A stretch of 60,537 nt of DNA, counting the filler, from Caldilineae bacterium (GTDB taxonomy: Bacteria > Chloroflexota > Anaerolineae > DTLA01): the NCBI GenBank assembly GCA_037446815.1. It is 2 parts of 2 records of this genome, joined end to end, with 100 filler letters (N's around TTAATTAATTAA, not from the genome) between each part and the next. Parts side by side here need not be neighbours in the genome. Positions count along the whole stretch, not along the records: positions 1 to 30,459 come from JBBIHX010000021.1; positions 30,560 to 60,537 come from JBBIHX010000022.1. One strand, 5' to 3'. A program made the position numbers and the translations under genes. The notes under the pieces are model-generated. The model searched no databases. It was given only the letters and a program-made list of their open reading frames with translations, and had not been told where the DNA came from. Shown one piece after another: positions 28,230 to 37,929 of this stretch (positions are counted from its first letter, which is position 1; every line of letters starts with the position of its first letter).

Positions 28230-30257
28230 TCAGCCCCAAACCTGCGCGGGCGGCCGGTGCGCCAGGCCCATCGCCGCCGCAATCCATTCGCGCACCGAGT
28301 GGAACACCGGCACGCCCTGCGCCTCTATCGCCTGCGACATCTTCGCTGTGAACGGCCCGCCCGTCGCGCCCACCAGAATCGGCTTCTTCCGCCTGCGGTT
28401 CAGTTCGCCCAGAGCCTCGGCAATGTCCTCCCCCACCGGCGTATCCTGGAACACGAACCAGGGCATGACAATGGCCACATTGGGGTCGTCCAGCAGCGCC
28501 TGGATGCCCACGGCGTAGTCCGATGTGGTGGCCGAGCCGGTAACATCAATCGGGTTCTGCACCAGGTAGAACGGTGGGTACACCTTCTGGAGCGCGGCCA
28601 CCGTTGCCGAATCCAGGTCGGGCAGCGCCAGGCCGTACTCGGGCAGCAGGTCAATCCCCTGCACCATGGTGCCCGCGCCGTTGCTGATCATCGCGACGCC
28701 GTTGCCGCCGGCCCTGGGCTGCATGGCCAGCGCCTTGCTGACGGCGAACAGTTCCTCGTAACTGTCCACGGCGATGAGACCCGCCTGCCGAAATGCGCCC
28801 TGCCACACGGCATAGGTGCCGCCGAAGAAGCCAGTGTGGGAGATGGACGCGCGGGCCGACCGCAGGGTGCGCCCGGGCTTGAACACCACCACAGGCTTCA
28901 TCTGCGCCACGCGGCTGGCCGTCGCCAGGAACTTGCGGCCGCGCTTCAGGCCCTCAATGTAGCAGGCCACCACCCGCGTGTGCGGATCCTCGGCCAGGTA
29001 GGCCAGCAGGTCCGCCTCGTCCACGTCTATGCGGTTGCCGTAGGACACGAACTTGCTAACGCCGACGTTGTGCAGGTCCTCCATGAGGGCCGCGCCCACC
29101 GTGCCCGATTGGGTGAGGATGGACACCGGCCCCAGCGGCGGGCGCACCATGCGCTCGTGCACCTGGAAGAACGTGTCCAGGCGCGTCTCGCCGTCAAACA
29201 CGCCGATGCAGTTGCAGCCGACGATGCGGACGCCGCACTCGCGGGCCAGGCGGGCGATTTCCGCCTCCAGCGCTTCGCTGTCGCCGCCCAGTTCCTTGCC
29301 CCCTCCGGAGATGATGACCATGGCGTGGATGCCCTTCGCCGCGCACTCCCGCAGCAAATCCGGCACCATGCCCAGCGCCACCGTTACCACCACCAGATCC
29401 ACCGGCTCCGGGATGGCCGACAGGCTGGGATACGCCCGCAGCCCCATGACTTCGTCGCGGGTGGGGTTCACGGGGAAGACCTTGCCCCGGTAGTCGTGCA
29501 GCGCCAGGCTGTCCAGGACGGCGTTGCCCACCTTGCCGGGCGTGGCCGACGCGCCGATGAGGGCCACGGACTTCGCCTTGAAAAACAAATCCAGGTAGGA
29601 CGTATCGGGCGGCTCGTGGGCCAGGGGTTGCCCGCCCTCGCGGAGTAGGATTTTGGCGTCCAGCACGCGGTGCTCATCGCCCCACACGACGATGGGGTTG
29701 AGGTCCACCGAGTCCAGGCGGTCGGCCAGGTCCATGCCCATCCGCGCCGCGTTCCTGAGCAACTCCACCAGCATCGCCCTGGAGACGGGCGGCTGGCCGC
29801 GGTAGCCGTCCAGGATGACCTTGCCGCGGATTTCGTCAATCATCGCCTCGGCGTCGGCGCGGGTGATGGGCAGCACGCGGAAACTGACGTCCTGGAAGAC
29901 CTCCGTGAGGATGCCACCGAGGCCGAATAGGATGGTGGGGCCGAACTGGGCGTCGTTGTTCAGGCCGATGATGATCTCCACGCCGCCGCGCACCATCTCC
30001 TCCACGGTAACGCCGTCAATGCGGGCAGCGGGTGCTTTGGCGCGAACGTCGGCCATCATGCGGCGGAACGCCGCGCGCACCTCGTTGGCGGTGTTCAGGT
30101 TCAGGGCCACGCCGCCAACGTCGGTCTTGTGCAGGATGTCGGGCGAGGCGATTTTCAGCGCCACGGGGAAGCCGATGGCGGCGGCCTTTGCCGCGGCTTC
30201 GTCGGCGGTGGCGGCCGGTTCGCTTCGGGGCGCTCGGAAGCCATACTGTCGGTACAC
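28230..30257 (-). CDS. ADP-forming acetate/acyl-CoA ligase, fused with the ATP-grasp (beta) domain first
   Basis: GFPVALK..SPDILHKTDVGGV, FGLGG, DLNP; IGAS..PGK.G, GxNCIG, QSG, SHTG phospho-His, NPIDVTG. Confidence 0.9.
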   Translation of the reverse strand: MYRQYGFRAPRSEPAATADEAAAKAAAIGFPVALKIASPDILHKTDVGGVALNLNTANEVRAAFRRMMADVRAKAPAARIDGVTVEEMVRGGVEIIIGLNNDAQFGPTILFGLGGILTEVFQDVSFRVLPITRADAEAMIDEIRGKVILDGYRGQPPVSRAMLVELLRNAARMGMDLADRLDSVDLNPIVVWGDEHRVLDAKILLREGGQPLAHEPPDTSYLDLFFKAKSVALIGASATPGKVGNAVLDSLALHDYRGKVFPVNPTRDEVMGLRAYPSLSAIPEPVDLVVVTVALGMVPDLLRECAAKGIHAMVIISGGGKELGGDSEALEAEIARLARECGVRIVGCNCIGVFDGETRLDTFFQVHERMVRPPLGPVSILTQSGTVGAALMEDLHNVGVSKFVSYGNRIDVDEADLLAYLAEDPHTRVVACYIEGLKRGRKFLATASRVAQMKPVVVFKPGRTLRSARASISHTGFFGGTYAVWQGAFRQAGLIAVDSYEELFAVSKALAMQPRAGGNGVAMISNGAGTMVQGIDLLPEYGLALPDLDSATVAALQKVYPPFYLVQNPIDVTGSATTSDYAVGIQALLDDPNVAIVMPWFVFQDTPVGEDIAEALGELNRRRKKPILVGATGGPFTAKMSQAIEAQGVPVFHSVREWIAAAMGLAHRPPAQVWG

Positions 30258-30459
30258 GGTTCATCCTCCGGTCTGGGTTGGGCACGGGCCTCTGTGCGGA
30301 TTATAGCACGGCGGGGGCGGGGGTTCCAAGTGCGCGGGGGACGGGAGCGTGAATCCGAAACGTGCGACGCACCACCGGGGTGGGGCGCGCCGTATTAGCA
30401 CCAAACAGCACAGCAAGCGAACCGGGCGCCAGCATCGGTGGGAAAGTATATTGGGTTTT

Positions 30460-30559
30460 NNNNNNNNNNNNNNNNNNNNNNNNNNNNNNNNNNNNNNNNN
30501 NNNTTAATTAATTAANNNNNNNNNNNNNNNNNNNNNNNNNNNNNNNNNNNNNNNNNNNN
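30460..30559. other. Artificial contig-joining linker
   Basis: 44 N + TTAATTAATTAA (stops in all six frames) + 44 N. Confidence 0.95.
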
Positions 30560-30661
30560 CGCGGCTTCGCCGCTCGGAATGACAGATTGCGGCAGGCGAG
30601 GGGGCGGGGCCGCGCGGGGCTGAAGCCGCTAGGCAACGTGCGTTGCGCGCCTGCGCGGGGC

Positions 30662-30689
30662 TTGACCATTTGGTGTCTCCGTATATAAT
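30662..30689 (+). promoter_or_regulatory. Putative sigma70 promoter of nfnAB
   Basis: TTGACC-16 nt-TATAAT. Confidence 0.6.
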
Positions 30690-30753
30690 TCCCTGCGGAG
30701 GCGCAAAGGGGCGCTGCTGCCGTCCCATTGCAATTTCTGCAAGGAGGCGCAAA

Positions 30754-31602
30754 TTGTACGACATCCTCTACCGCGAAGACCTGGCGCCGGTAACCAAACT
30801 CATTGAGGTCAAGGCCCCGCTGGTCGCCAGGAAGGCCCGAGCCGGTCAGTTCGTCGTCATTCGGGTCAACCAGAAGGGTGAGCGCATCCCCCTAACCATC
30901 GCCGATTTTGACAGGGAGAAAGGGACGCTCACTCTTATTTTCCAGGAAGTCGGCAAAACCACTATGATGCTGGGGACGAAGCGCGCGGGCGATTACCTGG
31001 CCAGCGTTGTCGGCCCCCTGGGCCACCCCAGCGAGATTGAGAACTACGGCACCGTTATCTGCGTTGGGGGCGGCGTCGGCATCGCGCCCATCTTCCCCAT
31101 TGCCCGCGAACTGAAGCACGCGGGCAACCGGGTGATCTCCATCATCGGCGCGCGCAACAAGGACCTCCTCTTCTGGGAAGACCGCATGCGCTCCGTCAGC
31201 GATGAGGTCATCGTAACCACCGACGACGGCTCTTACGGGCGCAAGGCGCTGGTAACCGAGCCGCTCAAGGAGATGCTCCAGGCGGGGCTGAAGCCCGCCC
31301 GCATCTGGGCTATCGGCCCGGCCATCATGATGAAGTTCGTGTCGCTGACTACCCAGCCGTTCGGCGCGCCCACCATCGTGAGCCTGAATTCCATCATGGT
31401 GGACGGCACGGGGATGTGTGGCGCGTGCCGCGTGTCCATCGGAGGGCAGACGCGCTTTGTCTGCGTGGAGGGGCCGGAGTTTGACGGCCACCAGGTGGAC
31501 TGGAACTTGCTCTTGGAGCGCCAGCGCATCTACGTGGACGAGGAGAAGCGGGCCCTGGAGCACTGGAAGGCCCACGGCTGTGGGTGCGACGGCGAATGCT
31601 AG
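30754..31602 (+). CDS. nfnA: NfnA-like FAD/[2Fe-2S] subunit of electron-bifurcating transhydrogenase
   Basis: TTG start after AAGGAGG; GERIPLTI, GGGVG, DGTGMCGACR, CVEGPEFDG. Confidence 0.88.
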   Translation: MYDILYREDLAPVTKLIEVKAPLVARKARAGQFVVIRVNQKGERIPLTIADFDREKGTLTLIFQEVGKTTMMLGTKRAGDYLASVVGPLGHPSEIENYGTVICVGGGVGIAPIFPIARELKHAGNRVISIIGARNKDLLFWEDRMRSVSDEVIVTTDDGSYGRKALVTEPLKEMLQAGLKPARIWAIGPAIMMKFVSLTTQPFGAPTIVSLNSIMVDGTGMCGACRVSIGGQTRFVCVEGPEFDGHQVDWNLLLERQRIYVDEEKRALEHWKAHGCGCDGEC

Positions 31603-31609
31603 TAGGCTA

Positions 31610-32217
31610 ATTCACCGCGGAGAGCACAGAGATCGCGGAGATAACGAGACTGGTAGGTCACCCACGGGAGTTCGGGGGCCACAATGTTAGCAAGAGAGGT
31701 GGACAAAATCACGGAGGCCATCATTGGCGCGGCCATACAGGTGCACCGCTCGCTGGGCCCGGGGCTGCTGGAATCTACCTACGAGGCGTGCCTGGAGTAC
31801 GAGTTGATTCAGAAAGGACTTCGGGTGGAGCGGCAGAAACCCTTGCCAGTCGTTTACCGTGACGTGCGTTTAGACTGCGGTTACCGCATTGACTTGCTGG
31901 TGGAAGATGCGGTGGTGGTTGAGGTGAAGGCGGTTGATCATCTGGCGCCCATTCATGACGCACAAATGCTGTCGTACCTGAGGTTGTCCGGTTGCCAGGT
32001 GGGTTTGCTCATCAACTTTAACACAAAGATGCTCAAACAGGGAATCCGCCGGTTCGTGCACGGTTTGCCCGAAACGTAGGAGTTTGGAGCCTTCTTTTCC
32101 CTCTGTGATCTAGGCGATGCGCCGATGCATGTTATAGAAAGCATCGGGTTCACGGAGCGTTCGGGGAGAAGGACCAGATTCATATTCTCTGCATTCTCCG
32201 CGATCTCAGCGGTGAAT
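31610..32217. mobile_element. Inverted-repeat-flanked GxxExxY cassette inserted in nfnAB
   Basis: ATTCACCGCGGAGAGCACAGAGATCGCGGAGA (31610-31641) versus reverse complement of 32186-32217, ATTCACCGCTGAGATCGCGGAGAATGCAGAGA. Confidence 0.5.
31684..32079 (+). CDS. GxxExxY protein (PD-(D/E)XK nuclease-like)
   Basis: VHRSLGPGLLESTY, RIDLLVE, VEVK, AQMLSYL, GLLINF. Confidence 0.93.
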   Translation: MLAREVDKITEAIIGAAIQVHRSLGPGLLESTYEACLEYELIQKGLRVERQKPLPVVYRDVRLDCGYRIDLLVEDAVVVEVKAVDHLAPIHDAQMLSYLRLSGCQVGLLINFNTKMLKQGIRRFVHGLPET

Positions 32218-32240
32218 GCAGCGCTAAAGGAGAAGACACA

Positions 32241-33686
32241 ATGCCGCGTGAGCAAATTGAGCGACAAGAGATGCCGGCCCAGGATCCGCAGGAGCGGATT
32301 CACAACTTCTACGAGGTTGCCCTCGGCTATCCCGAAGAGATCGCCATGCTGGAGGCACGGCGTTGCCTCCAGTGCAAGAAGCCGACGTGCGTGGAGGGGT
32401 GCCCGGTGGAGGTGCCCATCCCTCAGTTCATCCTGGCCCTGCGCGAGGGGGATTTGGCCGGCTCCATCCGCGTCATGAAGACGAAGAACAATCTGCCGGC
32501 CATCTGCGGGCGCGTGTGCCCCCAGGAGACCCAGTGCGAAGCCAAGTGCGTGCTGGGCAAGAAGGGCAAGCCCGTCGCCATCGGCCGGCTGGAGCGATTC
32601 ATCGCCGACTGGGAGCGCAGGACAGGTGTGCAGAAGCCCGACATCGCGCCGTCCACGGGCAAGAAGGTGGCCGTCATCGGCGCGGGGCCTGCCGGGCTGA
32701 CGGCGGCGGGCGACCTGGCCCGCTATGGCCACAAGGTTACCATCTACGAGGCGCTCCACGCGCCGGGTGGCGTCCTCATCTACGGCATCCCCGAATTCCG
32801 CCTCCCCAAGGACGTGGTGCGGGCCGAGGTGGATTACGTCCTCAGCCTGGGGGTTGACCTGGTGCTGGACTGCGTGGTGGGCAAGACGCTGACGCTGGAG
32901 GACCTGTTCGCCGACGGGTACGATGCCATCTTCCTGGGCACCGGCGCGGGCCTGCCCATGTTCATGAACATCCCGGGCGAGAACTACAACGGCGTCTATT
33001 CAGCCAACGAGTTCCTGACCCGCGTTAACCTGATGAAGGCGTACCTGTTCCCCGAATACGACACGCCGGTGAAGATCGGCAAGCGCGTGGCGGTCGTCGG
33101 GGCGGGCAACGTGGCGATGGACGCGGCGCGGTCGGCCCTGCGGTTGGGGGCGGAGGAGGTGTCCATCGTGTACCGTCGCTCGCGCGACGAGGTGCCCGCC
33201 CGCGCGGAGGAAGTGCACCACGCCGAGGAAGAGGGGATTCAGTTCAAGTTCCTCACCAATCCGGTGGAGATCTTCGGCAACGATAAGGGCTGGGTGCGGG
33301 GGATGCGCTGCATTCGCATGGAACTGGGCGAGCCGGATGCCAGCGGCCGGCCCAGGCCCGTGCCCGTGCCGGGCAGCGAGTTTGACATGGAGGTGGACAA
33401 CGTCATCATGGCGTTGGGCACGCGCCCCAACCCGATGGTGTTCACCGACGCCATGGGGATTGAGCGCACGCGCCACGGCACCATCGTGGGCGACCCCATC
33501 ACCGGCCGCACGACGCGGCCACGGGTGTGGGCGGGCGGCGATATCGTAACCGGCGCGGCCACCGTCATCAGCGCCATGGGCGCTGGCAAGCGTGCCGCCG
33601 CCGATATTGACGCCTTCCTCCGGGGCGCGTTCGCCGAGGCCGACTGGCACGCGAAGAAGGAAGAGGTTCCCGCCGCGCACCCGTAA
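32241..33686 (+). CDS. nfnB: NfnB-like subunit (GltD-homologous NADPH-dependent oxidoreductase)
   Basis: RCLQCK...C..GCPV, CGRVCPQE.QCE, GAGPAG, YGIPEFRLP, GAGNVAMD, GGDIVTG; paired with nfnA. Confidence 0.88.
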   Translation: MPREQIERQEMPAQDPQERIHNFYEVALGYPEEIAMLEARRCLQCKKPTCVEGCPVEVPIPQFILALREGDLAGSIRVMKTKNNLPAICGRVCPQETQCEAKCVLGKKGKPVAIGRLERFIADWERRTGVQKPDIAPSTGKKVAVIGAGPAGLTAAGDLARYGHKVTIYEALHAPGGVLIYGIPEFRLPKDVVRAEVDYVLSLGVDLVLDCVVGKTLTLEDLFADGYDAIFLGTGAGLPMFMNIPGENYNGVYSANEFLTRVNLMKAYLFPEYDTPVKIGKRVAVVGAGNVAMDAARSALRLGAEEVSIVYRRSRDEVPARAEEVHHAEEEGIQFKFLTNPVEIFGNDKGWVRGMRCIRMELGEPDASGRPRPVPVPGSEFDMEVDNVIMALGTRPNPMVFTDAMGIERTRHGTIVGDPITGRTTRPRVWAGGDIVTGAATVISAMGAGKRAAADIDAFLRGAFAEADWHAKKEEVPAAHP

Positions 33687-33715
33687 CGGCGTGGCAGGAT
33701 GGCAGGGGCGCGGTT

Positions 33716-33758
33716 GTGGGGGCGCAATTGAATTGCGCCCCTACGATTGCGCCCCTAC
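33716..33758. repeat. GTAG-type REP-like palindrome between convergent genes
   Basis: GTGGGGGCGCAATTGAATTGCGCCCCTAC plus an extra half-site ATTGCGCCCCTAC. Confidence 0.7.
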
Positions 33759-34048
33759 CGGTGTGTACACGGCGTGGCGAAGGGCGTGCCGTCGTGGTAC
33801 ACGTTCCAATACGCGTACACCGGCCAGTTCGCAACGTCAAAGGCCAGGGCCAGCGGCCCCGCGAATACCTCGGGTTCCACGAATTCCCCCCGCGCCTGTC
33901 GCAATGTCCTGCAGGCGTCCAGTTCGTGTTTCCACTTGACGTGAAACCCCAGCCCCAGCGCCACGTACAGTAGTCCCAGCGCGACGAGGACACGCAGCAC
34001 GCGCGCCCCGATGCGCCGAATGTCAGGCGTGCCGTTCGCCACCCTCAT
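33755..34048 (-). CDS. Small hypothetical membrane protein
   Basis: Hydrophobic stretch VLVALGLLYVALGLGF; overlaps the end of the upstream gene; fills the gap. Confidence 0.55.
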   Translation of the reverse strand: MRVANGTPDIRRIGARVLRVLVALGLLYVALGLGFHVKWKHELDACRTLRQARGEFVEPEVFAGPLALAFDVANWPVYAYWNVYHDGTPFATPCTHR

Positions 34049-35264
34049 CTGCCGCGCCCTCCCTGGCCTCGGCGATCCATCCCTTCACCATGCCTGGCGT
34101 TATCGGCTCGGTCAGCAGGCGGCGGAACACGTCGCAGCGGTCGGGGCCTGCGAGCGCCGCCCGCAGCATCCGCTCGCCGTAGAAATAGGTGAAGATGTAC
34201 GTTCGGAACATGGGGTTGCGGATGAATCGCAGGCTGAACCGCGCCTCGGTCTCGGAGCGCAGGTCGTACTTGCGGATGTAGGCCACCAACTCGTCGTCGC
34301 CCAGGCCATCCTCATGGGCGAGGAAGGCCACATTGCCGCCCACGCCCGCCAACTTACGGTAGGCGCGGGCCAACGCGCGGTCGCGCTCCACGTCGCGGTG
34401 GCCCAGTCCCGCGGCCGGATACAGCACATCGTGCAGCCAGGCGGTCGCCTCCTCTTCGGTGAAGATCATGTCCAGCGCCACGTTGGCGATGCCCTCGCTG
34501 ATGACGCTTTCGGGCGTGTTCAGCAGGGTGATGCTGGCCTCTTCCCAGCCCCGCTCGCGGTACAGGATGCGCTCCTTCAGGGCGCGCTCGGTGTGGTGGC
34601 CGGGGTATCCCTCGTGGGTCATCAGGGGCAGGATGGACTGGACGCGCATCGGCAGGTCCACGTTGATGTCTATGCGCGAGCGGTAGCGCCCCAGGTACCA
34701 GTTGTAGCCGCTCCAGGGCTGATTGTGGACGATGTGTATCTCCACGTCTTCGCCGTCGGGCAGGCCGATGAGGGCCTCGGCGCGCCGCCGCACCTCCTGC
34801 CGCGCCAGTTCCAGCAGGGCGGGGACCTTGTCTTCGGCGACTTCGCTCGCCTTCTTCCAGGCTTCCACGCGCTCGGCCAGCGGGCCGTGGCCGGGGAGCA
34901 GGCGGTCAATCTCGGCGGTGGCGGCCTCAAACTCCGCTTCGGGCACGCGCTCGGGCGCGATGTCCAAGCAGCGCTGCGCCTCCTCGCGGAAGGGGATGAT
35001 CTCGCCATCCAGCCGGGCCAGAATGGTGCGCATGGCCTCCACCTGCTTGGCGAGCCAGGTCTTGCGCGGCTCGGGCAGGTCGTCGCCGGCGATGCGCTGG
35101 GCCAGGCGCTCGGCGTCCTCGCGGAGGTCGGCGACGGAGCGCGGCCCGTAGGCGAGGATGGCTTGCTTCGTCTCCTCGCCGCCGATGTAAGCGTCCACGA
35201 ATCCGGGGAAGTGCTCATTGATGCGGAGTGCCAGCGCGACATAGGCGCGTCCGATTTCGTCCAT
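34023..35264 (-). CDS. DUF885-like putative metallopeptidase
   Basis: HEGYPGHH and EGIA motifs; PGFVDAY.G N-terminus. Confidence 0.75.
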   Translation of the reverse strand: MDEIGRAYVALALRINEHFPGFVDAYIGGEETKQAILAYGPRSVADLREDAERLAQRIAGDDLPEPRKTWLAKQVEAMRTILARLDGEIIPFREEAQRCLDIAPERVPEAEFEAATAEIDRLLPGHGPLAERVEAWKKASEVAEDKVPALLELARQEVRRRAEALIGLPDGEDVEIHIVHNQPWSGYNWYLGRYRSRIDINVDLPMRVQSILPLMTHEGYPGHHTERALKERILYRERGWEEASITLLNTPESVISEGIANVALDMIFTEEEATAWLHDVLYPAAGLGHRDVERDRALARAYRKLAGVGGNVAFLAHEDGLGDDELVAYIRKYDLRSETEARFSLRFIRNPMFRTYIFTYFYGERMLRAALAGPDRCDVFRRLLTEPITPGMVKGWIAEAREGAADEGGERHA

Positions 35265-35383
35265 GCCTTCGTCTCCTTGATGTAGCGCTCGGCGCACAGG
35301 GGCGGGTGTGCCTGTTGACCACTCGTCGCCGGCCGCGAACATTATACGCCAACCGCGCCGCCGCGTCCAGACGCCACCTCGCA

Positions 35384-35533
35384 GATTCGGTTCCAAATTC
35401 TGTTGGTATTTGTCATTGCGAGGGCGCGGAGCGCCCGAGGCAATCTCTGGGGCGTGAGGTTGCTTCGCTTCGCTCGCAACGACACACAAGGAGAGTGTGC
35501 ATGCACTTCACCAACACAAGATGAAACCGAATC
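35384..35533. mobile_element. MITE-like element, copy 4 (inverted)
   Basis: Terminal repeats; flanks CCTCGCA / CCTCACA. Confidence 0.8.
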
Positions 35534-35540
35534 CCTCACA

Positions 35541-35713
35541 GATTCGGTTCCATCTTGTGTTGGTCTGCCCTGTGCGCCGCCCCCACTCTGTCATGCTGAG
35601 CCGAAGGCGGTACGCCCTCGCCCTTCGGGAGAGGGCTGGGGTGAGGGGCGAGATTCTTCGCGGCTTCGCCGCTCAGAATGACGGTAGATGCCAACAGACT
35701 TTGGAACCGACTC
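35541..35713. mobile_element. MITE-like element, copy 5 (alternative cassette), tandem to copy 4
   Basis: Terminal repeats; flanks CCTCACA / GCCTCGCA. Confidence 0.8.
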
Positions 35714-35824
35714 GCCTCGCAGGAGCGTTGACGCCGCGTGGCGGTTGCGCTATACTCCCCTCGCACGATCCTTGCCACCAGCACACAAGGCCCATCGCAT
35801 TGGGGCCGGTCTTGGAGGGCGCGT

Positions 35825-36616
35825 ATGGACCTGGGTTTGGCCGAACGGGTAGCCATCACGACGGCGTCCAGCAAGGGGCTGGGCAAGGCGATCGCCATGG
35901 AACTGGCGCGCGAAGGGGCCAAGGTGGTCATTTCGTCGCGGGATGAATTCCTGTTGCGGCAGGCGGCCCACGAGATTTCCACCGCGACGGGCAACCCCGT
36001 TGTGCCCATCGTGGCCGATGTTACGCGGGCCGAGGACGTGGAGCGGCTGGTGTCGGAGACGGTGCGGCGCTTCGGGCGGCTGGATATCCTCGTTACCAAC
36101 GCGGGCGGGCCGCCGCCGGGCGCGTTTGAGGCCCACGACGATGCGGCATGGGAGGCCGCGTTCCGGCTCACGCTCTTGAGCGTAACGCGGCTCATCCGCG
36201 CGGCACTCCCGACCATGAAGGCGCGGCGATGGGGGCGCATCATCAACGTTACGGGCACCTCGGCGCGCCAGCCGGTGGACGACCTGGTGCTGTCCAATGC
36301 GTACCGCGCCGCCGTGGTGAACCTGGCCAAGACGCTGTCGCGTTCACTGGCTCCGTACAACATCACCGTGAACAACGTGGCGGCGGGGACCATTCTCACC
36401 GATCGAGTGCAGGAGTTGGCGGCGAGTCGGGCGCGGGCGCAGGGCGTGGATATGGAGCAGGCGCTGGCGCAATTCACGCGGGAGATCCCGCTGGGCAGGC
36501 TGGGTCGGCCCGAGGAGTTCGCGGCGGCGGTTGTGTTCCTGGCCTCGGAGCGGGCCGGGTACATCACAGGCGTTACGCTGCCGGTGGACGGCGGGGTCAT
36601 CCGCGCCAGTTGGTAA
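35825..36616 (+). CDS. SDR family oxidoreductase
   Basis: TASSKGLG, DILVTNAGGPP, ITVNNV, PLGRLGRPEE, YITG...VDGG. Confidence 0.92.
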   Translation: MDLGLAERVAITTASSKGLGKAIAMELAREGAKVVISSRDEFLLRQAAHEISTATGNPVVPIVADVTRAEDVERLVSETVRRFGRLDILVTNAGGPPPGAFEAHDDAAWEAAFRLTLLSVTRLIRAALPTMKARRWGRIINVTGTSARQPVDDLVLSNAYRAAVVNLAKTLSRSLAPYNITVNNVAAGTILTDRVQELAASRARAQGVDMEQALAQFTREIPLGRLGRPEEFAAAVVFLASERAGYITGVTLPVDGGVIRASW

Positions 36617-36652
36617 GGCCGAAAGGCAGGAAGGAGACGGAGGTTGGCAGGA

Positions 36653-37699
36653 ATGTCGGATACGGCGCAGAAGTTCGTGGAAGATTCTCGGAAGGCTTTG
36701 GAGAAGATCTCCGCGAAACTGGACAACATCCGCGGGGCGCTGGGGCAGGGTTCGGGCCTGGAGAAGATGGTAACGAGCCTGGAGGCCAGCCGCGATAGTC
36801 TGATCAAACGACTGGACGCCATCGCGCCCGATCAGCCCCTTGAGGCTGCGGTCAAGCGGGACATCCAGAGCGACCTGGCGACGCTGAAACGGCGCGTGTC
36901 GCGCGTGAACGATGGGATTCAGTTCGCAGTGGATCCGCAACCGCCGCGCGCCGGAGCCTGGATTTGGTTTCTGGCCGAGTTGGCGCTCATCGTCCTGGTG
37001 GCCTGGCTGTATGTGGACGTGCATCGCGGGCGGCCCCTGCGGGCCTTTTTGAAGAGCGTCAGCCCTGCTGCGCGCGTGGAACTGGCGCTGCAGACGGCGG
37101 AACTGAAGGCGCTGGCGACGGCCGAGACGCCGGACCTGGAGGCCCTCGCCAAGGGAGTCTCGGCGTTGGAGGCCGGTTTTGCCAAGGCGGGGTTCGCGCC
37201 CGACGACGAGCGCATCTTCGCCGACGCGGTGGCGCGGATACAGGCAGAACTGGCCCGCAAGGAGGCGGCCAACGGCGGGGTCGTGGCGGTGCATCTGGAC
37301 CGCATCGTGGAGGATGTGCTGAAGGGCGAGGAGGGGTTCTTCTGGGATCGCGGGGTGGGGCGCTACGTGGAGGTGCTGTTCGCCATCTTCTTCGGCGTTA
37401 TGGCCTTTGCGTTGTACAACACGTGGGAATACATGCGGCATCCGGGGCGGGCCTGGTGGGTCGCGTGGCACGTGGCCAAGGCGTTCATGGCGCTGGTGTT
37501 GGGGTTCGTTGCCATCGTCATTCTCAGTCAGGTGAACTTCGCGACGCCGTCCAGCCTGGAGAATCAGACGGCGCTGGGGTTGGGCACCGCGCCCATTGAA
37601 CTGGTCATTGCGGTGTCGGCGCTGGCCGGGTATTTCAGCCATCGGATGCTGGGGTTCCTGGACCGGTACGCGGACAAGGTGTTCGGCCCGCCGGCGTAG
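36653..37699 (+). CDS. Hypothetical membrane protein with helical/coiled-coil soluble regions
   Basis: Long ORF with RBS GGAGG, about four TM segments; family not recognised. Confidence 0.7.
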   Translation: MSDTAQKFVEDSRKALEKISAKLDNIRGALGQGSGLEKMVTSLEASRDSLIKRLDAIAPDQPLEAAVKRDIQSDLATLKRRVSRVNDGIQFAVDPQPPRAGAWIWFLAELALIVLVAWLYVDVHRGRPLRAFLKSVSPAARVELALQTAELKALATAETPDLEALAKGVSALEAGFAKAGFAPDDERIFADAVARIQAELARKEAANGGVVAVHLDRIVEDVLKGEEGFFWDRGVGRYVEVLFAIFFGVMAFALYNTWEYMRHPGRAWWVAWHVAKAFMALVLGFVAIVILSQVNFATPSSLENQTALGLGTAPIELVIAVSALAGYFSHRMLGFLDRYADKVFGPPA

Positions 37700-37760
37700 C
37701 GGGCGCGCAGATGAGATGCGACGCACCTCACGGGAAGGTGCGTCGCATTTGCTGTTCCAG

Positions 37761-37910
37761 GATTCGGTTTCATCTTGTGTTGGTGAACCGCAGGCGCACA
37801 CCACCCGTGTGTCATTGCGAGCGAAGCGAAGCAATCCCACGCCCCGGAGATTGCTTCGGGCACTGCGTGCCCTCGCAATGACGGCTACCAACAGACTTTG
37901 GAACCGAATC
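37761..37910. mobile_element. MITE-like element, copy 6
   Basis: Terminal repeats; flanks TGTTCCAG / TGTTCCGG. Confidence 0.8.
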
Positions 37911-37929
37911 TGTTCCGGGGTGGTGGGGA

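Noticed and set aside
32241..33686. Glutamate synthase small subunit
   Set aside because: No large subunit nearby and it is paired with an NfnA-type gene, so NfnB is the better call
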